Assembly (NCBI GenBank): GCA_041891055.1
Contig: CP169074.1
Coordinates: forward strand, 1,248,001-1,312,000
From: Halorutilales archaeon Cl-col2-1
GTDB taxonomy: Archaea; Halobacteriota; Halobacteria; Halobacteriales; Afararchaeaceae
Direction: 5' to 3'
Length of the DNA stretch: 64,000 nucleotides
Of this stretch, positions 1 through 10,096 are shown in pieces. A program made the position numbers and the translations under genes. The notes beneath the pieces are model-generated. The model saw only the letters and a list, made by a program, of their open reading frames with translations. It had not been told where the DNA came from and did not search any database. The first letter of the stretch is position 1. Every line of letters starts with the position of its first letter.

Positions 1-1366
1 CGAAGATCACGTTTTCGAGGCTGTAGACGTCGGGAACCACAGACAGGAGGACGAAGACGCCGGCGAGTAGAAAGACGACCCAGAGGAACGATATTATAGC
101 CGCCTCCTCAAGCTCGTGTGCGACCTCGGCGTCGGAGAGCGTCCTTCCGTCGATTTCGAGATGTCTCACAGCCGTGTCGGGATAGAAGACACCCGCTATC
201 CTGTAAGCAGTCCCCTTCGTGAGTGTGATAGCACGTATGACCTTTATTCCCCCGACCGTCGAACCCGCGGCGGCTCCTACCGTCATAGCCAACGAGACGA
301 GTATCTGTGACTCCGCCGACCAGTCGCCGACCGCGCCCGTCTGGAAGCCAGCGCATGACGCCGCCGAGACGAACTGGAAAGTACCGTACCTGAACGACTC
401 GAACGCCGATGAATAAGAGCCGTTGACGTAGAGGAGTGCCGAGAGCACGACGCTCCCGAGTGTGAAGATACCGATGACCCATCTAGTCTGTATGTCGGAG
501 ACGACACGTCTGAGATTGCCCTGGAGAAGGAGGTAATGTACGGGGAAAGCCACGCCTCCGACCGCCATCACGGGAATCACGGCGAAGTCTACCAGGGCAC
601 TGTCGTAGGTCGCTATACTGTTGTCGGTGACGCTGAATCCTCCCGTCGAGAGACCCGTCATGGCGTGGTTTACGGCGTCCCAGAGAGGCATCCCGGCGAG
701 CCACAGCAGAAAGACCGAGACGAAACTGTAAAGGACGAATATCCACCAGATCGTCCGGACAGTAGAGAGTATGCTCGGATGTATCTTCTCCGAGCGCGCC
801 TCGCTCCTGTAAAGAGTCAGAGAGCCGCTCCCCGGGCGCGCGAGTATAGCCGTCGTGAGTACGATCACACCGACGCCGCCGATCCACTCAGTGAAAGACC
901 TCCACCACTGGAGCGTATGGGGCAGGACGTTCTCGTGACGTGTCATGGTGAGTCCTGTCCCCGTGAATCCGCTCATGCTCTCGAAGACGGCGTTGAGGGG
1001 CGACTTGAACGCCGCGACTGTCGGCGACATCTCCGGTGACCCGAGTAAGCCGGGGTCGAGAGCGACCGTCCACGCTATCAGTACGAAAGGGAAAGACCCG
1101 AAGACTGCGACCACTCCCCAGCCCAAAGCGGCTATCACCATCCCGTGGAGCTTTCCAGGGTCCTCGGCGTCGGCGTACCTGCGTACGAGGAGAGTTCCGA
1201 CGCCGAAAGGCACGAGCGATGAGACGGCTAATCCAGGGACTGCATACAGCTCCCCCCAGATCAAAGGTACTAATATAGAGATTCCGACCGCCGCCGAGAG
1301 CGCCCTGAGTATGTTCCCGAGGTCGCGGAGAACCGTCTCCGACGTCCAGACGAACGAGGGTTTCAT
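1..1366 (-). CDS. trkH: TrkH family K+ uptake membrane protein (partial, runs off left edge)
   Basis: Manual translation from ATG at 1366: MKPSFVWTSETVLRDLGNIL...NAVFESMSGFTGTGLT. Hydrophobic, carries the TrkH pore motif, divergent from trkA. Absent from the ORF track because there is no stop in the window. Confidence 0.9.
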   Translation of the reverse strand, partial: MKPSFVWTSETVLRDLGNILRALSAAVGISILVPLIWGELYAVPGLAVSSLVPFGVGTLLVRRYADAEDPGKLHGMVIAALGWGVVAVFGSFPFVLIAWTVALDPGLLGSPEMSPTVAAFKSPLNAVFESMSGFTGTGLTMTRHENVLPHTLQWWRSFTEWIGGVGVIVLTTAILARPGSGSLTLYRSEARSEKIHPSILSTVRTIWWIFVLYSFVSVFLLWLAGMPLWDAVNHAMTGLSTGGFSVTDNSIATYDSALVDFAVIPVMAVGGVAFPVHYLLLQGNLRRVVSDIQTRWVIGIFTLGSVVLSALLYVNGSYSSAFESFRYGTFQFVSAASCAGFQTGAVGDWSAESQILVSLAMTVGAAAGSTVGGIKVIRAITLTKGTAYRIAGVFYPDTAVRHLEIDGRTLSDAEVAHELEEAAIISFLWVVFLLAGVFVLLSVVPDVYSLENVIF

Positions 1367-1498
1367 CTTACCGTGTCGAAAGACACCGGATCTGAACATA
1401 AAACCTGAGGTTGGCGCTCTGGTCAGTGGTCTGTAACGGAGACTATTAGAAGACAGTTCTTAAGTACGAAACCGTCGTGTTTTACGCCACTATTCAAG

Positions 1499-2857
1499 AT
1501 GCGGGTTATAATAATAGGAGCGGGCCAGGTTGGGTCTAAGATCGCGGCGGAGCTCTCGAAGTCACACGAGGTCGTCGTGATCGACGCCGACAAGGAGAAG
1601 GTCGATGAGCTGACCTACGCTGTCGACGCGATGTCGATACACGGAGACGGTACCGACACCGACGTTCTCGACGAGGCGGGCGTGTCGGAAGCCGACATGC
1701 TCATAGCCACTACCGACGAGGACCACGCCAACATAGTCGCGTGTACCACGGCGAAGACACTCTCGGACGTCTTCACTGTCGCACGTGTCAAGAGAACTCA
1801 GTTCCTGAGGACGTGGGAGAGGTCGGAGAAGAAGGGAGCGATGGGAGTCGATTACATGGTCTGTTCGGATCTCCAGACGGCGAAGGCGGTGGTCTGGGTC
1901 ACGACTTTACCCGCAGCGAAGGACGTCGACCTCTTCGCCGAGGGACGCGTCCAGATGGTGGAGTTCGAGATAAATGAGGGGAGTCCCGTCGCGGGTATAA
2001 CGGTAGAGAACGCCGATGTCCTCGACTCGTTGACCTTCGCGGCTCTCCTCAGGGACGGCGAGGTCATCCTACCAAGGGGTGACACCGTCATACGTGAGGG
2101 CGACTCGGTGATCGTAATAGGGAGCGTCGAGAGCACACAGAAGTTCAGCAACAGGCTGATGTCGGGGTCGATAGAAGACGACAGCCACGACGAGGAACAC
2201 GGCGACATTGTGATCGTCGGAGGGAGTCAGACGGGATACCACACGGCGCGTCTCCTCGAAGAACGCGGATACCAGCCTAAGCTCATCGAGTCTGACCCCG
2301 AGAGGGCGCGCCGTCTCGCCGAGGATCTTCCCGGAACCGTAGTGATGGAGAGCGACGCCACCGACATCGAGTTCCTGAAACGTGAGGGGGTCGACAGGGC
2401 AGACGTCGTGATATCCGCTCTCGACACCGATGAGAAGAGCCTCCTCGTTTCGCTCCTCACGAAACGTCTGGGTGCCGAACGGTCGGTCGCCGTCGTCGAA
2501 CAGGGATCGTACGTCGACCTCTTCGAGACAGTGGGGGTGGACGTCGGTGTCAACCCGAGGAAGATAACCGCCGAGAAGATCACGCGTTTCACGCGTGATT
2601 ACCGAGCCCAGAACCTCGCCGTGATAGGCGACGGAGAGGCGGAGATACTTGAGATTGAGATAGACGACGACAGCCTACTTGCCGACAGCACCGTCGAGGA
2701 AGCCGCTGGGACTCTCGGATCAGGGGTCGTCTTCGGAGCCATCACACGTGACGGAGGTTTCATAACACCCCGCGGTGGTACACGTATGCGAGCCGGCGAC
2801 CACGTAGTAGTCTTCGTCGAGGACGAGCATCTCGACGAGGTTGCACCGATGCTCTGA
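1499..2857 (+). CDS. trkA: Trk system K+ uptake protein TrkA (two RCK N/C pairs)
   Basis: MRVIIIGAGQVG and IVIVGGSQTG Rossmann motifs; 452 aa; flanked by trkH genes. Confidence 0.95.
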   Translation: MRVIIIGAGQVGSKIAAELSKSHEVVVIDADKEKVDELTYAVDAMSIHGDGTDTDVLDEAGVSEADMLIATTDEDHANIVACTTAKTLSDVFTVARVKRTQFLRTWERSEKKGAMGVDYMVCSDLQTAKAVVWVTTLPAAKDVDLFAEGRVQMVEFEINEGSPVAGITVENADVLDSLTFAALLRDGEVILPRGDTVIREGDSVIVIGSVESTQKFSNRLMSGSIEDDSHDEEHGDIVIVGGSQTGYHTARLLEERGYQPKLIESDPERARRLAEDLPGTVVMESDATDIEFLKREGVDRADVVISALDTDEKSLLVSLLTKRLGAERSVAVVEQGSYVDLFETVGVDVGVNPRKITAEKITRFTRDYRAQNLAVIGDGEAEILEIEIDDDSLLADSTVEEAAGTLGSGVVFGAITRDGGFITPRGGTRMRAGDHVVVFVEDEHLDEVAPML

Positions 2858-2933
2858 TGAAGTACGGTATCGACAGATTGATTCGTGTATTAGATCGAGT
2901 TTGACACAGCGGGATACAAAATAAGAGATAATA

Positions 2934-4514
2934 ATGCGTGTGGGTATACCGAGACTCAGGGTTGACTACCGAGCGAGCCTTTCGATGATAGGCACGGTTC
3001 TGAAGTTACTCGCCGTGCCTCTTCTGATTCCGGTCGTCGTGGGTGTGATCTACGGCGACTCGTTGGTTCCCTTCTTCGTTACCATAGCCGTAACTCTCGT
3101 ACTCGGGGAGTCGCTCGAACGTCTGAGTCCCGACGCCGACATGGGTAACCGCGAGGCGTTTCTGATGGTGCCTCTGACCTGGATCGCTGTCGTAGTCATC
3201 GGCGCGATCCCGTACGTCGTAGAGGCTCACGGAATACCTCCCGTCTATCCGGCACCGTACCCCGAATCGAGCCTCGGAGACCCCGTAGACGCCGTCTTCG
3301 AGAGCATGAGCGGATTCACGACTACGGGAGCTACCGTGATGGAGTCGATATCGTTCGAGTCCCACTCGCGCGCTCTGATGATGTGGAGACAGGAGACCCA
3401 GTGGCTCGGCGGAATGGGTATAGTCGTCCTCGCGGTCGCTATACTCCCGAGGCTCTCAGTCGCGGGCGCACAGCTAATGGAAGCCGAGGCACCGGGTCCG
3501 GGTATCGAGAGGCTGACTCCACGTATAAAAGAGACTGCAAAGACACTCTGGAAGATATACCTCGGTCTCACTGCTCTCCAGGTAGGTCTCCTCTATCTCT
3601 TCTACCGTCTCGGACACGCTCCCGAGATGACTCTCTACAACGCCGTGGCTCACGGCTTCACGACGCTCCCGACAGGGGGGTTCTCACCCGAGGCGAGGAG
3701 CATAGAGGCGTTCTCACCCCTAGTCCAGTGGAGTATCGTACCGTTCATGCTCGCGGCGGGTACCAACTTCGCCCTCTTCTGGTATCTCCTCAACCTCGAC
3801 TTCGGTGACTTCTTCGGCGACGAGGAGTTCAGGTCGTACATCGGTGTAACCGCAGTCCTGTCACTGATGGGAGCCGCTCTGATCTTCTTCGACCCGGGTC
3901 TCGAATCAGTCGACGGCATAGGCAGGATAGCCGGCGAGGTAGAGCCCGCATTACGCCACTCAGTCTTCCAGTTTACCTCGATAGTCACGACGACGGGATA
4001 CGCGAGCATGGATTTCAACGCGTGGGGATTCGGGTCGACGGTGCTCCTCTTCATAGCTCTCTTCGTGGGCGGAAGCACGGGAAGTACGGGCGGCGCGATA
4101 AAGATAATGAGATGGGTCGTCGTGGTCAAGTCGATCAAGCGCGAGCTTTTCACGACGGTTCATCCCGAGGCTGTCAGACCCGTCCGTCTCTCGGGTAACC
4201 CGCTCGATGAACGCGCGATCCGTGGCGTCCTCGTCTTCGTGACGACCTACCTCGTACTCTTCTTCGTCGGCGTCTTCCTCGTCGCAGTCGACGCCTCGAA
4301 CGCCGGAGTAGACATTAGCCTCTTAGAGGCAGCCTCGGCAGTCGCCGCGACTCTCGGAAACGTAGGACCCGGATTCGGAGCCGTAGGACCGATGAACAAC
4401 TACGCCTTCTTCTCCGACACGACGAAGCTGTTTATGGTCGTTCTGATGTGGGCGGGAAGGCTCGAAATCATACCCGTCCTCGTAGTTCTGACGCCGTCGT
4501 ACTGGACGTCCTGA
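2934..4514 (+). CDS. trkH: TrkH family K+ uptake membrane protein
   Basis: FESMSGFTTTG, TLPTGGF, TTTGY, GGSTGSTGGAIK, LGNVGPG and GRLE motifs. Confidence 0.95.
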   Translation: MRVGIPRLRVDYRASLSMIGTVLKLLAVPLLIPVVVGVIYGDSLVPFFVTIAVTLVLGESLERLSPDADMGNREAFLMVPLTWIAVVVIGAIPYVVEAHGIPPVYPAPYPESSLGDPVDAVFESMSGFTTTGATVMESISFESHSRALMMWRQETQWLGGMGIVVLAVAILPRLSVAGAQLMEAEAPGPGIERLTPRIKETAKTLWKIYLGLTALQVGLLYLFYRLGHAPEMTLYNAVAHGFTTLPTGGFSPEARSIEAFSPLVQWSIVPFMLAAGTNFALFWYLLNLDFGDFFGDEEFRSYIGVTAVLSLMGAALIFFDPGLESVDGIGRIAGEVEPALRHSVFQFTSIVTTTGYASMDFNAWGFGSTVLLFIALFVGGSTGSTGGAIKIMRWVVVVKSIKRELFTTVHPEAVRPVRLSGNPLDERAIRGVLVFVTTYLVLFFVGVFLVAVDASNAGVDISLLEAASAVAATLGNVGPGFGAVGPMNNYAFFSDTTKLFMVVLMWAGRLEIIPVLVVLTPSYWTS

Positions 4515-4558
4515 GCAGTAAGCAAAAGTGACGTGTGGGGTGGGCGCGAAGAGGCAGT

Positions 4559-5851
4559 ATGTTCGGAACATCGGGTATACGCGGAAGCCTCGAAGAGGTC
4601 TCACCCAGTCTGTGTCTCAGACTCGGAAAGGCTGTCGGGAGCCTGTCGTCGAGAGTCGTCGTAGGACGAGACGGACGTCTCACGGGGAAATCTCTCAAGA
4701 ACTCCTTAGTCGCTGGGTTAGAGAGTGTGGGAGCCGAGGTCGTCGACGTCGGAGTAGTTCCGACACACACGCTCGCCTGGGCGGCGCGCGAACACGGGTG
4801 TCTGGGAGTGATGGTCACGGCTTCCCACAACCCGCCGAGCGACAACGGACTCAAAGTATTTGGCTCCGACGGAAGCGAGATAAGCCGCGAGACGGAGAGA
4901 CGGTTAGAGGAGAGAGTCGGTGACAGCGACGTCGCCGAGCCGCGCGACTGGACTGAGTCAGACGAACGCGGCTGTTTGAGTGCCTATCTGAGAGACGCTC
5001 TCGACTACGTAGGAGAAGACGGGGACGTCGATCTCAGAGTCGCGGTCGACTGCGCTAACGGCGTCGGTTCCCTGACTACGCTCCCGCTCCTGAGAGAGAT
5101 GGGATGCGAGGTCACGGGGGTCAACGCCCAGATAGACGGTAGCTTCCCGGGACGTGAGCCGAAGCCGACACCCGACTCACTCTCGGAGTTCGGTGACTTC
5201 GTCCGAGACGGCGACTTCGACTTGGGTCTCGCACACGACGGCGACGCGGACAGACTAGTAGTAGTAGACGGTGACGGCGACGTAGTCCCCGAGGACGCAG
5301 TCGTGGCTGTCCTCGCCGACGACTACACGAATAGAGACGGAGGCACAGTAGTCACTACGCCGAACGCGTCGTCGAAGATAGACCAACGCGTCGACGGAGA
5401 AGTGAGACGGACACGTCTCGGGGGGCTCTCTGAGGCACTCGACGACGACGTCGTATTCGCCGCAGAGCCGTGGAAACACGTCTTTCCGAAGTTCGGCGGC
5501 TGGATAGACGGAACCGTGAGTGCAGCCGAGGTCGTACGTCTCGTCGCAGAGGCAGGAAGCACCGAAGATCTCTTCGGCGACATACGGATCTCAGTCGAGA
5601 AGACCAACGTCGACTGTCCCGACGACGCGAAGCGACAAGCCATCGAAGGCGTCGAGGAGAGGACAAGAGAGGAGTTCGGCTCCGAGGCGGAGATAGACAC
5701 GTCTTACGGAGTCCGTCTCGACTTCGGAGGCGGAGACTGGGCACTCGTACGTCCGAGCGGAACAGAGCCGGTCGTACGTGTCTACTCCGAGGGGTTCGAG
5801 TTAGAAAGAGTAGTCGAGGTCGTCGAGGAAGCTATTCGAGAGGCACAGTAG
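4559..5851 (+). CDS. Phosphohexomutase (phosphoglucosamine mutase / PMM-PGM family)
   Basis: MFGTSGIRG start (ATG 4559); TASHNP phosphoserine loop; DGDADR metal loop; RPSGTEP. Confidence 0.92.
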   Translation: MFGTSGIRGSLEEVSPSLCLRLGKAVGSLSSRVVVGRDGRLTGKSLKNSLVAGLESVGAEVVDVGVVPTHTLAWAAREHGCLGVMVTASHNPPSDNGLKVFGSDGSEISRETERRLEERVGDSDVAEPRDWTESDERGCLSAYLRDALDYVGEDGDVDLRVAVDCANGVGSLTTLPLLREMGCEVTGVNAQIDGSFPGREPKPTPDSLSEFGDFVRDGDFDLGLAHDGDADRLVVVDGDGDVVPEDAVVAVLADDYTNRDGGTVVTTPNASSKIDQRVDGEVRRTRLGGLSEALDDDVVFAAEPWKHVFPKFGGWIDGTVSAAEVVRLVAEAGSTEDLFGDIRISVEKTNVDCPDDAKRQAIEGVEERTREEFGSEAEIDTSYGVRLDFGGGDWALVRPSGTEPVVRVYSEGFELERVVEVVEEAIREAQ

Positions 5852-6569
5852 CCTCGTGTCCGTTGACCCAGGTAAAACGGTAGTCTTTCTCGGAGTCCGA
5901 CTCAGCCTCGAAGGCGGCGTTGACTGACTGAACCTCGGCGTCCCCTTCCCAGTCGACACGGTAGCTACCCGCGTCACCCACACGTGTCTTGCCGGCGACA
6001 GGAGCGACCTCTCCGTTACTGACGGCGAGGGTCGCTTTCGGCGGTTCGAGACTGAAGACGTCGACGCCCACAGTGTAGTCAGTCTGAGTGTCAGTCGCTG
6101 GCGAGTACATTCCCATCTCGTATCCCTCGTCGAGTTCGACTCCTGTGTAGATCCTCTTGACACCACCGTCAGACCCGGAGCTTTCGGAGAGGTTTGACAG
6201 AACCGCGTTCCAGAGCCAGAAGAAGTAGGAGTCGGAAGTCGTGCCCTCCCGCCGGATACGGTAGACGGCGACCGCGGAGTCGGAACGTCCCGATCGGTTG
6301 GGTAACTCGACGCCGTCAGTCCACGCGCCGACGTATTCGAGTTCGTGGTCGGGAGTCTGCCTCTGTTTCCCCCAGACACCGTTGTCGCCGTAGATGTCGG
6401 CTGTCTCGTCAGCGAAAGAGTCGAACTCGGTCTCAGAAAGCCCTCCCTCGGAGTTACTGGATCTCACGACAGTCGAGGTATCACGTCTGTCGAGAGTAGT
6501 TCCGCCACCGAGACAGCCGGCTGTGAAGACAGTAGCAGCGGCTGCCTTCACGAAGTCTCGTCTTTCCAT
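5832..6569 (-). CDS. Tat-exported lipoprotein, unknown function
   Basis: N-terminal ERRDFVK twin-arginine motif and TAGC lipobox. Confidence 0.75.
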   Translation of the reverse strand: MERRDFVKAAAATVFTAGCLGGGTTLDRRDTSTVVRSSNSEGGLSETEFDSFADETADIYGDNGVWGKQRQTPDHELEYVGAWTDGVELPNRSGRSDSAVAVYRIRREGTTSDSYFFWLWNAVLSNLSESSGSDGGVKRIYTGVELDEGYEMGMYSPATDTQTDYTVGVDVFSLEPPKATLAVSNGEVAPVAGKTRVGDAGSYRVDWEGDAEVQSVNAAFEAESDSEKDYRFTWVNGHEATVPLE

Positions 6570-6624
6570 AGCTATGGTATGGTCAGCGTTCCGGAATAAA
6601 GGATTTGTGTAGGAAGAAGAGAAG

Positions 6625-7011
6625 CTACTCGAGAGGCTCGAACTTAGTGCCGTAATGTATCATGCCTTCCTCGCCGTCCTGTCCTATACGTCTGAACGAA
6701 GTCTCGACGCGGTCGCCTATCTCGACGTCCTCGTCGACGACCTGACCCGTCGTACGTGCTCCCTCGTCTAGCTCGACGACAGCGAGCGTGTAGGGCACGG
6801 TTCCCTCGTAGTCCTCTCCGGGGTCGTGGACACGCGTGTAAGAGACGACCTCTCCCTCTCCCGAGAACTCCTTCTCGACTATCTCGCCGTCCCTCCTGCA
6901 GTCAGGACACAGACTGCGCGGAGGGAAGTAGGCTGTGCCGCACGTCTTGCACTCTGTTCCTACGGTTCTGTAACGCTGGTTTATCTTTCTCCAGAAACGT
7001 GGTACTGTCAT
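6625..7011 (-). CDS. DUF35 family Zn-ribbon/OB-fold protein (thiolase-HMGCS scaffold)
   Basis: CKTC...CPDC zinc ribbon plus OB fold; ends YGTKF; directly after the thiolase. Confidence 0.92.
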   Translation of the reverse strand: MTVPRFWRKINQRYRTVGTECKTCGTAYFPPRSLCPDCRRDGEIVEKEFSGEGEVVSYTRVHDPGEDYEGTVPYTLAVVELDEGARTTGQVVDEDVEIGDRVETSFRRIGQDGEEGMIHYGTKFEPLE

Positions 7012-7015
7012 TTAT

Positions 7016-8212
7016 CTACTGCCTCCTTGAGCTCGGGTTCTGGTTCGAGTTCGAGAGTATGCTGACTACGGCTGTCGCGCCCGTTCCTCCGACGTTGTGG
7101 GCGAGTCCGACCTCGGCGTCTTCGACCTGTCTCCCGTCGGCTTCGCCTCTGAGCTGTGTCACGACCTCGGCGATCTGTCTCACACCCGTCGCTCCGAGAG
7201 GATGTCCACACGCCTTGAGACCTCCCGACGGATTTACGGGTATACGTCCGTCGAGTCCTGTCTCGCCGTTCTGGGTAGCCTCGCCTCCCTTTCCTTTCTC
7301 GACGAATCCGAGATCCTCTACTGCGAGTATTTCGCCTACGGTGTACGAGTCGTGAACCTCGGCGAGGTCTACGTCGTCGGGATCTATACCCGCGGAGTCG
7401 TATGCGGTCTGGGCGGCGTGCTGTGTCGACTTGATACTCGTCATGTCGTCCCTGTCGTGGACTGAGAGTGTGTCGCTCGCCTGTGCGGTCGCCTCGACGT
7501 AGACTGGATTGTCGGTGTACTCCTCGGCTACGTCGGCGGAGGCGACTACTACCGCCGCCGCGCCGTCGCTTCCGGGCGAACAGTCGAACATCCTGAGAGG
7601 CTCCGACACATACGGAGTCGACTCGACTACCTCGGCGGGCACAGAGCTCTGGTACTGTGCGTACTCGTTGCCCTCTGCATTGGCGTGGTTCTTGACTGCG
7701 ACCTCCGAGAGCTGAGACCTCGTCGTGCCGTACTCGTCCATGTGTGCACGCGCCATCATAGCGTAGAGCGAAGGGACGTTGGCACCCTCGAAGACCTCCC
7801 ACTCCCTGTCGGCGCTCCCGCTCAGGGCGTCGGTCGTCTCCTCGGCACCGAGGTCTGTCATCTTCTCGGCTCCGCTAGCGACGACGACGTCTGACGCGCC
7901 GCTCGCCACGTCGAGGACTGCCTGTCTGAAAGCGAGTCCTCCCGAGGCGTCGGCGGCTTCGACACGTGTCGCGGGTATGTGTTCGACCGCGAGTCCGGCG
8001 TAGTCGGCGATGAGCGCGGCGACGTGTTCCTGATCTATGAACTGACCCGCGCTCATGTTTCCGCCGTAGAGAGCGTCTATGTCGTCTCCACCGACGCCCG
8101 CGTCTTCGAGAGCACGTACCCCCGCAGTCGTGAATATGTCTCTGAACGATCTGTCCCAGTGTTCGCCGAAAGAGGTCTGTCCGACCCCTATTACTGCTAC
8201 GTCTCTTTCCAT
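7016..8212 (-). CDS. Archaeal (SCP2-type) thiolase / acetyl-CoA acetyltransferase-like protein
   Basis: GAEKM, NPSGGLKACGHPLGATG and AHNVGGTG motifs. Canonical cysteines are replaced (VEAADASGG, VHDSY). Confidence 0.88.
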   Translation of the reverse strand: MERDVAVIGVGQTSFGEHWDRSFRDIFTTAGVRALEDAGVGGDDIDALYGGNMSAGQFIDQEHVAALIADYAGLAVEHIPATRVEAADASGGLAFRQAVLDVASGASDVVVASGAEKMTDLGAEETTDALSGSADREWEVFEGANVPSLYAMMARAHMDEYGTTRSQLSEVAVKNHANAEGNEYAQYQSSVPAEVVESTPYVSEPLRMFDCSPGSDGAAAVVVASADVAEEYTDNPVYVEATAQASDTLSVHDRDDMTSIKSTQHAAQTAYDSAGIDPDDVDLAEVHDSYTVGEILAVEDLGFVEKGKGGEATQNGETGLDGRIPVNPSGGLKACGHPLGATGVRQIAEVVTQLRGEADGRQVEDAEVGLAHNVGGTGATAVVSILSNSNQNPSSRRQ

Positions 8213-8214
8213 TC

Positions 8215-9261
8215 TTACTCCTCCTTTATCTTGCCCTTGTGCTTGGCGTACTCTCCGTAGTCGAGATACTCTACGTCGTCGGAGTCGATGATGTCACGCA
8301 CGAGAGGTGCGCGGTCACGTCTCTCGATCTCCTCAGTTATGTCGAGCGAGAAGGCGTCACTTCCCGCTCCCGATCCGAACGATGCTAAGAAGACGCGGTC
8401 GCCGGGCTCCGCCTCGTCTAAGACAGCAGAGAGACCGACGAGCGACGCGCCGCTGTATGTGTTTCCTATCTCGGGTGTGAGAAGACCCGTCTCGTACTGT
8501 TCCTCGTCGAATCCTATCTTCTGTGCGACCTTGACGGGGAACTTACCGTTGGGCTGGTGGAATACGGCGTAGTCGTAGTCGTCTGTCGTCGTCCCGAGTC
8601 TGTCCATCAGCTTCTCACTCGAACTCGTTATATGTCTGAAGTAGGCGGGCTCTCCCGTGAAACGTTCTCCGTGCTGAGGATAACGCGCTCCCTCACGTCT
8701 CCAGAAGTCGGGGGTGTCGGTTGTGAAGGACGCGGTGTCCTCGATCTTAGCCATCGCCTCGTCGTCGTCTCCTATAACGAAAGCCGCGCCTCCGGCGGCG
8801 GCACTGTACTCAAGAGCGTCCCTCGGCGCGCCCTGTGAGACGTCGGCACCGATAGCCATTCCGTAATCTATCATACCCGAGTCGACGAGTCCCATACACG
8901 ACTGTATCCCCGCTGTGCCTGCCTTACACGCGAACTCGAAGTCGGCGGCTGTCATGTCAGGGGTCGCGCCTATCGCCGCGCCGACTATCGTTCCCGTCGG
9001 CTTGACTGCGTAGGGGTGTGACTCACTTCCGGTGTATATAGCACCGATCTCCTCGCCGTCTACGTCGACACGTCTCATCGCGTTCTTCGCCGCCTCGGTG
9101 GCGATAGTTATGGTATCCTCGTCCTCGTCGGGGACGCTTTTCTGTTCAACGTTGAGACCGTTCTTGATGACGTCTGGGTCGTCTCCCCAGATACGTGCTA
9201 TCTCCTCGGCCTCTATCCTGTACTTGGGTACGTAGGCTCCGTAGCTTACTATTCCTGCCAT
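8215..9261 (-). CDS. Archaeal-type hydroxymethylglutaryl-CoA synthase
   Basis: [19 protein letters not shown] (catalytic Cys), [25 protein letters not shown]. Confidence 0.95.
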   Translation of the reverse strand: MAGIVSYGAYVPKYRIEAEEIARIWGDDPDVIKNGLNVEQKSVPDEDEDTITIATEAAKNAMRRVDVDGEEIGAIYTGSESHPYAVKPTGTIVGAAIGATPDMTAADFEFACKAGTAGIQSCMGLVDSGMIDYGMAIGADVSQGAPRDALEYSAAAGGAAFVIGDDDEAMAKIEDTASFTTDTPDFWRREGARYPQHGERFTGEPAYFRHITSSSEKLMDRLGTTTDDYDYAVFHQPNGKFPVKVAQKIGFDEEQYETGLLTPEIGNTYSGASLVGLSAVLDEAEPGDRVFLASFGSGAGSDAFSLDITEEIERRDRAPLVRDIIDSDDVEYLDYGEYAKHKGKIKEE

Positions 9262-9265
9262 TCGG

Positions 9266-10018
9266 TTACTCCTCCTCGTATCTGTTTATACGTGAGATCA
9301 TCTTACTCAGATCCATCTGTGTAACGCTCAGGTCTATTCCTTCTATACGTGCGAGACGGGGTGCTAGATCCGACATCTCGTCTTCGTCTATTCCGTGTAG
9401 TACGACGGCGCGCGGCTTGAGGCTCGTGACACGTATTGCGACGAGAGGACTCTCACCGCGCGAGACACGTGTGAAAACGAGTGCGCGCTGTGTCGTCCAG
9501 CCGTAGAGACGCGTGAACTCGGCGTTCGAGAGGCTAGTTATCGCCTTCACCGAGTCTATGACTGTGTGTCCGGCGAGTGTCTTGTCGTCGTCGGACTCCT
9601 CGCCGGCTCTGTGAACCACGTCAGCGTCTATGGCGTCGTAGAAGTCGTCACCGTCGACGGGGGTCTCGTAGTCCCTGAGATCCTTTATGGCGTCACCCTC
9701 GAAGCCGGCTCCGAGAATACGTCTGTACCTTCGGAGTGTCTCGCCTCCGCGCTCTCTGTCAATCTCTATGAGGGCATCGACAGTCCTCCTCACTACGTTC
9801 GCTCCAGGGCTCTCGCGTCTGCCGCTCTCGTAGTCACTCACGACACTCACCGAGACCCCGAGTCTCTCGCTGAGCTCCGACTGTGAGACTCCGAAGTTCT
9901 CCCTCCATTTCCGGAGTGTAGATCCGGGGTCGTCGCTCAGGACGACCTCTCCCGCAATCTTCTCCGAGAGCTTAGTCTCAGGTGTCGAAGCCGCGCGTGC
10001 CTCCTCCGTCTCAGCCAT
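9266..10018 (-). CDS. Conserved archaeal Cro/XRE HTH transcriptional regulator
   Basis: [19 protein letters not shown]...[15 protein letters not shown]; first gene of the HMGCS operon. Confidence 0.85.
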   Translation of the reverse strand: MAETEEARAASTPETKLSEKIAGEVVLSDDPGSTLRKWRENFGVSQSELSERLGVSVSVVSDYESGRRESPGANVVRRTVDALIEIDRERGGETLRRYRRILGAGFEGDAIKDLRDYETPVDGDDFYDAIDADVVHRAGEESDDDKTLAGHTVIDSVKAITSLSNAEFTRLYGWTTQRALVFTRVSRGESPLVAIRVTSLKPRAVVLHGIDEDEMSDLAPRLARIEGIDLSVTQMDLSKMISRINRYEEE

Positions 10019-10096
10019 CTAAAGGAGAGTCACGTCTCTCTCATATATATGTAGCGAAAGGCGACGAAACGAGTTTCGACAGCTGTCGAAAGAGTG

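Noticed and set aside
108-1436. Several short ORFs listed in the track
   Set aside because: They are shadows of the minus-strand trkH, which lacks a stop in the window.
10065-10091. Overlapping dyads CGAAAC/GTTTCG and TTTCGAC/GTCGAAA
   Set aside because: Loops do not fit the C-NNA-G family. TCGA-rich palindromes are common in this genome, so it may be chance or a local operator.
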